Positions 45,800 to 60,189 of a DNA stretch of 64,000 nt are shown here, in pieces. The notes beneath the pieces were generated by a model. It ran no database searches. It had not been told where the DNA came from and saw only the letters and a list, made by a program, of their open reading frames with translations. Both the position numbers and the translations under genes were made by a program. This stretch comes from the human T2T-CHM13v2.0 reference genome, Homo sapiens. Position 1 is the stretch's first letter; each line of letters starts with the position of its first letter. The stretch is taken from NCBI RefSeq assembly GCF_009914755.1, contig NC_060937.1. The stretch is one strand, 5' to 3'.

Positions 45800-48700
45800 T
45801 ATAAACTGTAGATAAAATATGAAATTACATCAAATATATACTATATTATGTACATAAAATATGAAAGTACATCAAATATAGATTATATACTGTACATAAA
45901 ATACCAAAGTACCCCAAATATATATTTTATACTGTACATGCAATATCAAAGTTCACAAACTATATATTATATACTGTACATAAAATATCAAAGTACCCAA
46001 GGTATATATTCTATACTGTATAAAAAATATCAAAGTACGCAAAGCATGTATTATATACTGTACATAAAATATGAAAGTACATCAAATATATATTTTATTC
46101 TGTACATAAAATATCAAAGTACACCAAATATATATTCTATAGTGTACATAAAATATCAAAGTACCCAAACTATACATTATATACTGTACATAAAATATGA
46201 AATTACATCAAATATATATTAAAATAGGTACATAAAATATGAAAGTACATCAAATATAGCTTATATACTGTACATAAAATATCAAAGTACCCCAAATATA
46301 TATTATATACTGTACATGAAATATCAAAGTTCACAAACTATATATTATATACTGTACATAAAATATCAAAGTACCCAAGGTATATATTCTGTACTGTATA
46401 AAAAATATCAAAGTACCCAAAGCATGTATTATATACTGTTCATAAAATATGAAAGTACATCAAATATGTATTTTATTCTGTACATAAAATATCAAAGTAC
46501 ACCAAATATATATTCTATAGTGTACATAAAATATCAAAGTACCCAAACTATACATTATATACTGTACATAAAATATGAAATTACATCAAATATATATTAT
46601 ATTAGGTACATAAAATATGAAAGTACATCAAATATAGATTATATACTGTACATAAAATACCAAAGAACCCCAAATATATATTATATACTGTACATGAAAT
46701 ATCAAAGTTCACAAACTATATATTATATACTGTACATAAAATATCAAAGTACCCAAGGTATATATTCTATACTGTACAAAAAATATCAAACTACCCAAAG
46801 CATGTATTATATACTGTTAATAAAATATGAAAGTACATCAAATATATATTTTATTCTGTACATAAAATATCAAAGTACACCAAATATATATTCTATAGTG
46901 TACATAAAATATCAAATTACCCAAACTATACATTATATACTGTACATAAAATATGAAATTACATCAAATATATATTATATTAGGTACATAAAATATGAAA
47001 GTACATCAAATATAAATTATATACTGTACATAAAATATCAAAGTACCTCAAATATATAGTATATACTGTACATGAAATATCAAAGTTCACAAGCTATATA
47101 TTATATACTGCACATAAAATAGCAAAGTACTCAAGGTATATATTCTATACTGTACAAAAAATATAAAAGTACCCAAAACATGTATTATATACTGTACATA
47201 AAATATGAAAGTACATCAAATATATATTTTATTCTGTACATAAAATATCAAAGTACACCAAATATATATTCTATAGTGTACATAAAATATCAAAGTACCC
47301 AAATTATACATTATATACTGTACATAAAATATGAAATTACATCAAATATATATTACATTAGGTACATAAAATATGAAAGTACATCAAATATAGATTATAT
47401 ACTGTACATAAAATATCAAAGTACCCCAAATATATATTATATACTGTACATGAAATATCAAAGTTCACAAACTATATATTATATACTGTACATAAAATAT
47501 CAAAGTACCCAAGGTATATATTCTATACTGTACAAAATATATCAAAGTACCCAAAGCATGTATTATATACTGTACATAAAATATGAAAGTACATCAAATA
47601 AATAGTTTATTCTGTACATAAAATATCAAAGTACACCAAATATATATTCTATAGTGTACATAAAATATCAAAGTACCCAAACTATACATTATAAACTGTA
47701 GATAAAATATGAAATTACATCAAATATATACTATATTATGTACATAAAATATGAAAGTACATCAAATATAGATTATATACTGTACATAAAATACCAAAGT
47801 ACCCCAAATAAATATTTTATACTGTACATGCAATATCAAAGTTCACAAACTATATATTATATACTGTACATAAAATATCAAAATACCGAAGGTATATATT
47901 CTATACTGTACAAAAAATATTAAATTACGCAAAGCATGTATTATATACTGTACATAAAATATGAAAGTACATCAAATATATATTTTATTCTGTACATAAA
48001 ATATCAAAGTACACCAAATATATATTCTATAGTGTACATAAAATATCAAAGTACCCAAACTATACATTATATACTGTACATAAAATATGAAATTACATCA
48101 AATATATATTAAAATAGGTACATAAAATATGAAAGTACATCAAATATAAATTATATACTGTACATAAAATACCAAAGAACCCCAAATATATATTATATAC
48201 TGTACATGAAATATCAAAGTTCACAAACTATATATTATATACTGTATATAAAATATCAAAGTACCCAAGGTATATATTCTGTACTGTATAAAAAATATCA
48301 AAGTACCCAAAGCATGTATTATATACTGTTCATAAAATATGAAAGTACATCAAATATGTATTTTATTCTGTACATAAAATATCAAAGTACACCAAATATA
48401 TATTCTATAGTGTACATAAAATATCAAAGTACCCAAACTATACATTATATACTGTACATAAAATATGAAATTACATCAAATATATATTATATTAGGTACA
48501 TAAAATATGAAAGTACATCAAATATAGATTATATACTGTACATAAAATACCAAAGAACCCCAAATATATATTATATACTGTACATGAAATATCAAAGTTC
48601 ACAAACTATATATTATATACTGTACATAAAATATCAAAGTACCCAAGGTATATTTTCTATACTGTACAAAAAATATCAAAGTACCCAAAGCATGTATTAT

Positions 48701-50300
48701 ATACTGTTAATAAAATATGAAAGTACATCAAATATATATTTTATTCTGTACATAAAATATCAAAGTACACCAAATATATATTCTATAGTGTACATAAAAT
48801 ATCAAATTACCCAAACTATACATTATATACTGTACATAAAATGTGAAATTACATCAAATATATATTATATTAGGTACATAAAATATGAAAGTACATCAAA
48901 TATAAATTATACACTGTACATAAAATATCAAAGTACCTCAAATATATAGTATATACTGTACATAAAATATCAAAGTTCACAAGCTATATATTATATACTG
49001 CACATAAAATAGCAAAGTACCCAAGGTATATATTCTATACTGTACAAAAAATATAAAAGTACCCAAAACATGTATTATATACTGTACATAAAATATGAAA
49101 GTACATCAAATATATATTTTATTCTGTACATAAAATATCAAAGTACACCAAATATATATTCTATAGTGTACATAAAATATCAAAGTACCCAAAGTATACA
49201 TTATATACTGTACATAAAATATGAAATTACATCAAATATATATTACATTAGGTACATAAAATATGAAAGTACATCAAATATAGATTATATACTGTACATA
49301 AAATATCAAAGTACCCCAAATATATATTATATACTGTACATGAAATATCAAAGTTCACAAACTATATATTATATACTGTACATAAAATATCAAAGTACCC
49401 AAGGTATATATTCTATACTGTACAAAATATATCAAAGTACCCAAAGCATGTATTATATACTGTACATAAAATATGAAAGTACATCAAATAAATAGTTTAT
49501 TCTGTACATAAAATATCAAAGTACACCAAATATATATTCTATAGTGTACATAAAATATCAAAGTACCCAAACTATACATTATAAACTGTAGATAAAATAT
49601 GAAATTACATCAAATATATACTATATTATGTACATAAAATATGAAAGTACATCAAATATAGATTATATACTGTACATAAAATACCAAAGTACCCCAAATA
49701 AATATTTTATACTGTACATGCAATATCAAAGTTCACAAACTATATATTATATACTGTACATAAAATATCAAAGTACCGAAGGTATATATTCTATACTGTA
49801 CAAAAAATATCAAAGTACGCAAAGCATGTATTATATACTGTACATAAAATATGAAAGTACATCAAATACATATTTTATTCTGTACATAAAATATCAAAGT
49901 ACACCAAATATATATTCTATAGTGTACATAAAATATCAAAGTACCCAAACTATACATTATATACTGTACATAAAATATGAAATTATATCAAATATATATT
50001 TAGATATGTACATAAAATATGAAAGTACATCAAATATAAATTATATACTGTACATAAAATACCAAAGAACCCCAAATATATATTATATACTGTACATGAA
50101 ATATCAAAGTTCACAAACTATATATTATATACTGTATATAAAATATCAAAGTACCCAAGGTATATATTCTGTACTGTATAAAAAATATCAAAGTACCCAA
50201 AGCATGTATTATATACTGTTCATAAAATATGAAAGTACATCAAATATATATTTTATTCTGTACATAAAATATCAAAGTACACCAAATATATATTCTATAG
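45800..50300 (+). repeat. 1890-bp (5 x 378) super-repeat, about 2.4 tandem copies
   Basis: Marker ataaactgtagataaaat at 45801, 47691 and 49581. ORF pairs 46316/48206, 47180/49070 and 47738/49628 are all offset by 1890. Confidence 0.85.
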
Positions 50301-53300
50301 TGTACATAAAATATCAAAGTACCTAAACTATACATTATATACTGTACATAAAATATGAAATTACATCAAATATATATTATATTAGGTACATAAAATATGA
50401 AAGTACATCAAATATAGATTATATACAGTACATAAAATACCAAAGTACCCCAAATATATATTATATACTGTACATGCAATATCAAAGTTCACAAACTATA
50501 TATCATATACTGTACATAAAATATCAAAGTACCGAAGGTATATATTCTATACTGTACAAAAAATATCAAAGTACGCAAAGCATGTATTATATACTGTACA
50601 TAAAATATGAAAGTACATCAAATATATATTTTATTCTGTACATAAAATATCAAAGTACACCAAATATATATTCTATAGTGTACATAAAATATCAAAGTAC
50701 CCAAACCATACATTATATACTGTACATAAAATATGAAATTACATCAAATATATATTATAATAGGTACATAAAATATGAAAGTACATCAAATATAAATTAT
50801 ATACTGTACATAAAATACCAAAGAACCCCATATATATATTATATACTGTACATGAAATATCAAAGTTCACAAACTATATATTATATACTGTATATAAAAT
50901 ATAAAAGTACCCAAGGTATATATTCTATACTGTACAAAAAATATCAAAGTACCCAAAGCATGTATTATATACTGTTCATAAAATATGAAAGTACATCAAA
51001 TATATATTTTATTCTGTACATAAAATATCAAAGTACACCAAATATATATTCTATAGTGTACATTAAATATCAAAGTACCCAAACTATACATTATATACTG
51101 TACATAAAATATGAAATTACATCAAATATATATTTTATTAGGTACATAAAATATGAAAGTACATCAAATATAGATTATATACTGTACATAAAATACCAAA
51201 GTACCCCAAATACATATTATATACTGTACATGAAATATCAAACTTCACAAACTATATATTATATACTGTACATAAAATATCAAAGTACCGAAAATATATA
51301 TTCTATACTGTACAAAAAATATCAAAGTACCCAAAGCATGTATTTTATACTGTACATAAAATATGAAAGTACATCAAATATATATTTTATTCTATACATA
51401 AAATATCAAAGTACACCAAATATATATTCTATAGTGTACATAAAATATCAAAGTACCCAAACTATACATTACATACTGTACATAAAATATGAAATTACAT
51501 CAAATATATATTATATTAGGTACATAAAATATGAAAATACATCAAATATAGATTATATACTGTACATAAAATACCAAAGTACCCCAAGTACATATTATAT
51601 ACTGTACATGAAATATCAAAGTTCACAAACTATATATTATATACTGTACATAAAATATCAAAGTACCCAAGGTATATATTCTATACTGTACAAAAAATAT
51701 CAAAGTACCCAAAGCAAGTATTATATACTGTACATAAAATATGAAAGTACATCAAATATATATTTTATTCTGTACATAAAGTATCAAAGTACACCAAATA
51801 TATATTCTATAGTGTACATAAAATATCAAAGTACCCAAACTATACATTATATACTGTACATAAAATATGAAATTACATCAAATATATATTATATTAGGTA
51901 CTTAAAATATGAAAGTACATCAAATATAAATTATATACTGTACATAAAATACCAAAATACCCCAAATATATTTTATATACTGTACATGCAATATCAAAGT
52001 TCACAAACTATATATCATATACTGTACATAAAATATCAAAGTACCGAAGGTATATATTCTATAGTGTACAAAAAATATGAAAGTACGCAAAGCATGTATT
52101 ATATACTGTACATAAAATATGAAAGTACATCAAATATATATTTTATTCTGTACATAAAACATCAAAGTACACCAAATATATATTCTATAGTGTACATAAA
52201 ATATCAAAGTACCCAAACTATACATTATAAACTGTAGATAAAATATGAAATTACATCAAATATATACTATATTATGTACATAAAATATGAAAGTACATCA
52301 AATATAGATTATATACTGTACATAAAATACCAAAGTACCCCAAATATATATTTTATACTGTACATGCAATATCAAAGTTCACAAACTATATATTATATAC
52401 TGTACATAAAATATCAAAGTACCCAAGGTATATATTCTATACTGTATAAAAAATATCAAAGTACGCAAAGCATGTATTATATACTGTACATAAAATATGA
52501 AAGTACATCAAATATATATTTTATTCTGTACATAAAATATCAAAGTACACCAAATATATATTCTATAGTGTACATAAAATATCAAAGTACCCAAACTATA
52601 CATTATATACTGTACATAAAATATGAAATTACATCAAATATATATTAAAATAGGTACATAAAATATGAAAGTACATCAAATATAGATTATATACTGTACA
52701 TAAAATATCAAAGTACCCCAAATATATATTATATACTGTACATGAAATATCAAAGTTCACAAACTATATATTATATACTGTACATAAAATATCAAAGTAC
52801 CCAAGGTATATATTCTGTACTGTATAAAAAATATCAAAGTACCCAAAGCATGTATTATATACTGTTCATAAAATATGAAAGTACATCAAATATGTATTTT
52901 ATTCTGTACATAAAATATCAAAGTACACCAAATATATATTCTATAGTGTACATAAAATATCAAAGTACCCAAACTATACATTATATACTGTACATAAAAT
53001 ATGAAATTACATCAAATATATATTATATTAGGTACATAAAATATGAAAGTACATCAAATATAGATTATATACTGTACATAAAATACCAAAGAACCCCAAA
53101 TATATATTATATACTGTACATGAAATATCAAAGTTCACAAACTATATATTATATACTGTACATAAAATATCAAAGTACCCAAGGTATATTTTCTATACTG
53201 TACAAAAAATATCAAAGTACCCAAAGCATGTATTATATACTGTTAATAAAATATGAAAGTACATCAAATATATATTTTATTCTGTACATAAAATATCAAA

Positions 53301-56300
53301 GTACACGAAATATATATTCTATAGTGTACATAAAATATCAAATTACCCAAACTATACATTATATACTGTACATAAAATATGAAATTACATGAAATATATA
53401 TTATATTAGGTACATAAAATATGAAAGTACATCAAATATAAATTATATACTGTACATAAAATACCAAAGTACCTCAAATATATAGTATATACTGTACATG
53501 AAATATCAAAGTTCACAAGCTATATATTATATACTGCACATAAAATAGTAAAGTACCCAAGGTATATATTCTATACTGTACAAAAAATATAAAAGTACCC
53601 AAAACATGTATTATATACTGTACATAAAATATGAAAGTACATCAAATATATATTTTATTCTGTACGTAAAATATCAAAGTACACCAAATATATATTCTAT
53701 AGTGTACATAAAATATCAAAGTACCCAAAATATACATTATATACTGTACATAAAATATGAAATTACATCAAATATATATTACATTAGGTATATAAAATAT
53801 GAAAGTACATCAAATATAGATTATATACTGTACATAAAATATCAAAGTACCCCAAATATATATTATATACTGTACATGAAATATCAAAGTTCACAAACTA
53901 TATATTATATACTGTACATAAAATATCAAAGTACCCAAGGTATATATTCTATACTGTACAAAATATATCAAAGTACCCAAAGCATGTATTATATACTGTA
54001 CATAAAATATGAAAGTACATCAAATAAATAGTTTATTCTGTACATAAAATATCAAAGTACACCAAATATATATTCTATAGTGTACATAAAATATCAAAGT
54101 ACCCAAACTATACATTATAAACTGTACATAAAATATGAAATTACATCAAATATATACTATATTATGTACATAAAATATGAAAGTACATCAAATATAGATT
54201 ATGTACTGTACATGAAATACCAAAGTACCCCAAATAAATGTTTTATACTGTACATGCAATATCAAAGTTCCCAAACTATATATTATATACTGTACATAAA
54301 ATATCAAAGTACCCAAGGTATATATTCTATACTGTACAAAAAATATCAAAGTACCCAAAGCATGTATTATATACTGTACATAAAATAAGCAAGTACATCA
54401 AATATATATTTTATTCTGTACATAAAATATCAAAGTACACCAAATATATATTCTATAGTGTACATAAAATATCAAAGTACCCAAACTATACATTATATAC
54501 TGTACATAAAATATGAAACTACATCAAATATATATTATAATAGGTACATAAAATATGAAAGTACATCAAATATAAATTATATACTGTACATAAAATACCA
54601 AAGAACACCAAATATATATTATATACTATACATGAAATATCAAAGTTCACAAACTATATATTATATACTGTATATAAAATATCAAAGTACCCAAGGTATA
54701 TATTCTGTACTGTATAAAAAATATCAAAGTACCCAAAGCATGTATTATATACTGTTCATAAAATATGAAAGTTCATCAAATATATATTTTATTCTGTACA
54801 TAAAATATCAAAGTACACCAAATATATATTCTATAGTGTACATAAAATATCAAAGTACCCAAACCATACATTATATACTGTACATAAAATATGAAATTAC
54901 ATCAAATATATATTATATTAGGTACATAAAATATGAAAGTACATCAAATATAGATTATATAGTGTACATAAAATACCAAAGTACACCAAATATATATTTT
55001 ATACTGTACATGAAATATCAAAGTTCACAAACTATATATCATATACTGTACATAAAATATCAAGATACCCAAGGTATATATTCTATACTCTACAAAAAAT
55101 ATCAAAGTACCCAAAGCATGTATTATATACGGTACATAAAATATGAAAGTACATCTAATATATATTTAATTCTGTACATAAAATATCAAAGTACACCAAA
55201 TATATATTCTATAGTGTACATAAAATATCAAAGTACCCAAACTATACATTATATACTGTACATAAAATATGAAATTACGTCAAATATATATTATATTATG
55301 TACATAAAATATGAAAGTACATCAAATATAGATTATATACTGTACATAAAATACCAAAGTACACCAAATATATATTTTATACTGTACATGAAATATCAAA
55401 GTTCACAAACTATGTATTATATACTGTAGATAAAACATCAAAGTACCCAAGGTATGTATTCTATACTGTACAAAAAATATCAAAGTACCCAAAGCATGTA
55501 TTATATACTGTACATACAATATGAAAGTACATCAAATATAGATTATATACTGTACATAAAATACCAAAGAACCGCAAATATATATTATATACTGTACATG
55601 AAATATCAAAGTTCACAAACTATATATTATATACTGTACATAAAATATCAAATTACCCAAGGTATATATTCTATACTGTACAAAAAATATCAAAGTACCC
55701 AAAGCATGTATTATATACTGTACATAAAATAATAACGTACATCAAATATATATTTTATTCTGTACATAAAATATCAAAGTACACTAAATATATATTCTAT
55801 AGTGTACATAAAATATCAAAGTACCCAAACTATACATTATATACTGTACATAAAATATGAAATTACATCAAATATATATTATATTAGGTACATAAAATAT
55901 GAAAGTACATCAAATATAAATTATATACTGTACATAAAATACCAAAGTAACCCAAATATATATTATATACTGTACATGCAATATCAAAGTTCACAAACTC
56001 TATATCATATACTGTACATAAAATATCAAAATACCGAACGTATATATTCTATACTGTACAAAAAATATCAAAGTACCCAAAGCATGTATTATATACTGTA
56101 CATAAAATATGAAATTACATCTAATATATATTTTATTCTGTACATAAAATATCAAAGTACACAAAATATATATTCTATACTGTACATAAAATATCAAAGT
56201 ACCCAAACTATACATTATATACTGTACATAAAATATGAAATTACATCAAATATATATTATATTAGGTACATAAAATATGAAAGTACATCAAATATAAATT

Positions 56301-59300
56301 ATATACTGTACATAAAATACCAAAGTACCCCAAATATATATTATATACTGTACATGAAATATCAAAGTTCACAAACTATATATTATATACTGTACATAAA
56401 ATATCAATGTGCACAAGGTATATATTCTATACTTTACAAAAAATATCAAAGTACCCAAAGCATGTATTATATACTGTACATAAAATATGAAAGTACATCA
56501 AATATATATTTTATTCTGTACATAAAATATCAAAGTACACCAAATATATATTCTATAGTGTACATAAAATATCAAAGTACCCAAACCATACATTATATAC
56601 TGTACATAAAATATGAAATTACATCAAATATATATTATATTAGGTACATAAAATATGAAAGTACATCAAATATAGATTATATAGTGTACATAAAATACCA
56701 AAGTACCCCAAAGATATATTATATACTGTACATGAAATATCAAAGTTCACAAACTATATATTATATACTGTACATAAAATATCAAGGTACCCAAGGTATA
56801 TATTCTATACTCTACAAAAAATATCAAAGTACCCAAAGCATGTATTATATACTGTACATAAAATATGAAAGTACATCAAATACATATTTTATTCTGTACA
56901 TAAAATATCAAAGTACACTAAATATATATTCTATAGTGTACATAAAATATCAAATTACGCAAACTATACATTATATACTGTACATAAAATATGAAATTAC
57001 ATCAAATATATATTATATTAGGTACATAAAATATGAAAGTACATCAAATATAGATTATATACTGTACATAAAATACCAAAGTACCGCAAATATATATTAT
57101 ATACTGTACATGAAATATCAAAGTTCACAAACTATATATTATATACTGTACATAAAATATCAAAGTACCCAAGGTATATATTCTATACTCTACAAAAAAT
57201 ATCAAAGTACCCAAAGCGTGTATTATATACGGTACATAAAATATGAATGTACATCAAATATATATTTTATTCTGTACATAAAATATCAAAGTACACTAAA
57301 TATATATTCTATAGTGTACATAAAATATCAAAGTACCCAAACTATACATTATATACTGTACATAAAATGTGAAATTACATCAAATATATATTATATTAGG
57401 TACATAAAATATGAAAGTACATCAAATATAGATTATATACTGTACATAAAATACCAAAGTACCCCAAATACATATTATATACTGTACATGAAATATCAAA
57501 GTTCACAAACTATATATTATATACTGTACATAAAATATCAAAGTACCCAAGGTATATATTCTATACTGTGCAAAAAATATCAAAGTACCCAAAGCATGTA
57601 TTATATACTGTACATAAAATATGAAAGTACATCAAATATATATTTTATTCTGTACATAAAATATCAAAGTACACTAAATATATATTCTATAGTGTACATA
57701 AAATATCAAAGTACCCAAACTATACATTATATACTGTACATAAAATGTGAAATTACATCAAATATATATTATATTAGGTACATAAAATATGAAAGTACAT
57801 CAAATATAGATTATATACTGTACATAAACTACCAAAGTACCCCAAATACATATTATATACTGTACATGAAATATCAAAGTTCACAAACTATATATTATAT
57901 ACTGTACATAAAATATCAAAGTACCCAAGGTATATATTCTATACTGTACAAAAAATATCAAAGTACCCCAAGCAAGTATTATATACTGTACATAAAATAT
58001 GAAAGTACATCAAATATATATTTTATTCTGTACATAAAGTATCAAAGTACACCAAATATATATTCTATAGTGTACATAAAATATCAAAGTACCCAAACTA
58101 TACATTATATACTGTACATAAAATATGAAATTACATCAAATATATATTATATTAGGTACTTAAAATATGAAAGTACATCAAATATAAATTATATACTGTA
58201 CATAAAATACCAAAGTACCCCAAATATATATTATATACTGTACATGCAATATCAAAGTTCACAAACTATTTATCATATACTGTACATAAAATATCAAAGT
58301 ACCGAAGGTATATATTCTATAGTGTACAAAAAATATGAAAGTACGCAAAGTATGTATTATACACTGTACATAAAATATGAAAGTACATCAAATATATATT
58401 TTATTCTGTACATAAAATATCAAAGTACACCAAATATATATTCTATAGTGTACATAAAATATCAAAGTACCCAAACTATACATTATATACAGTACATAAA
58501 ATATGAAATTACATCAAATATATATTATAATAGGTACATAAAATATGAAAGTACATCAAATATAAATTATATACTGTACATAAAATACCACAGAAACCCA
58601 AATATATATTATATACTGTACATGAAATATCAAAGTTCACAAACTATATATTATATACTGTATATAAAATATCAAAGTACCCAAGGTATATATTCTATAC
58701 TGTACAAAAAATATCAAAGTACCCAAAGCATGTATTATATACTGTTCATAAAATATGAAAGTACATCAAATATATATTTTATTCTGTACATAAAATATCA
58801 AAGTACAGCAAATATATATTCTATAGTGTACATTAAATATCAAAGTACCCAAACTATACATTATATACTGTACATAAAATATGAAATTACATCAAATATA
58901 TATTATATTAGGTACATAAAATATGAAAGTACATCAAATATAGATTATATACTGTGCATAAAATACCAAAGTACCCCAAGTACATATTATATACTGTACA
59001 TGAAATATCAAAGTTCACAAACTATATATTATATACTGTACATAAAATATCAAAGTACCCAAGGTATATATTCTATACTGTACAAAAAATATCAAAGTAC
59101 CCAAAGCAAGTATTATATACTGTACATAAAATATTAAAGTACATCAAATATATATTTTATTCTGTACATAAAGTATCAAAGTACACCAAATATATATTCT
59201 ATAGTGTACATAAAATATCAAAGTACCCAAACTATACATTATATACTGTACATAAAATATGAAATTACATCAAATATATATTATATTAGGTACTTAAAAT

Positions 59301-60189
59301 ATGAAAGTACATCAAATATAAATTATGTACTGTACATAAATTACCAAAGTACCCCAAATATATATTATATACTGTACATGCAATATCAAAGTTCACAAAC
59401 TATATATCATATACTGTACATAAAATATCAAAGTACCGAAAGTATATATTCTATAGTGTACAAAAAATATGAAAGTACGCAAAGCATGTATTATATACTG
59501 TACATAAAATATTAAAGTACATCAAATATATATTTTATTCTGTACATAAAACATCAAAGTACACCAAATATATATTCTATAGTGTACATAAAATATCAAA
59601 GTACCAAACTATACGTTATATACAGTACATAAAATATGAAATTACATCAAATATATATTATAATAGGTACATAAAATATGAAAGTACATCAAATATACAT
59701 TATATACTGTACATAAAATACCAAAGAACCCCAAATATATATTATATACTGTACATGAAATATCAAAGTTCACAAACTATATATTATATACTGTATATAA
59801 AATATCAAAGTACCCAAGGTATATATTCTATACTGTACAAAAAATATCAAAGTACCCAAAGCATGTATTATATACTGTTCATAAAATATGAAAGTACATA
59901 AAATATATATTTTATTCTGTACATAAAATATCAAAGTACACCAAATATATATTCTATAGTGTACATAAAATATCAAAGTACCCAAACTATACATTATATA
60001 CTGTACATAAAATATGAAATTACATCAAATATATATTATATTAGGTACATAAAATATGAAAGTACATCAAATATAGATTATATACTGTACATAAAATACC
60101 AAAGTACCCCAAATACATATTATATACTGTACATGAAATATCAAAGTTCACAAACTATATATTATATACTGTACATAAAATATCAAAGT

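Noticed and set aside
14322-59994. Short minus-strand hydrophobic ORFs (MYSLGTLIFYVQ..., 71-81 aa) as small membrane proteins or toxins
   Set aside because: They appear only where a single substitution (e.g. catca>catga) removes a minus-strand stop in the satellite. Their recurrence follows the segmental duplications.
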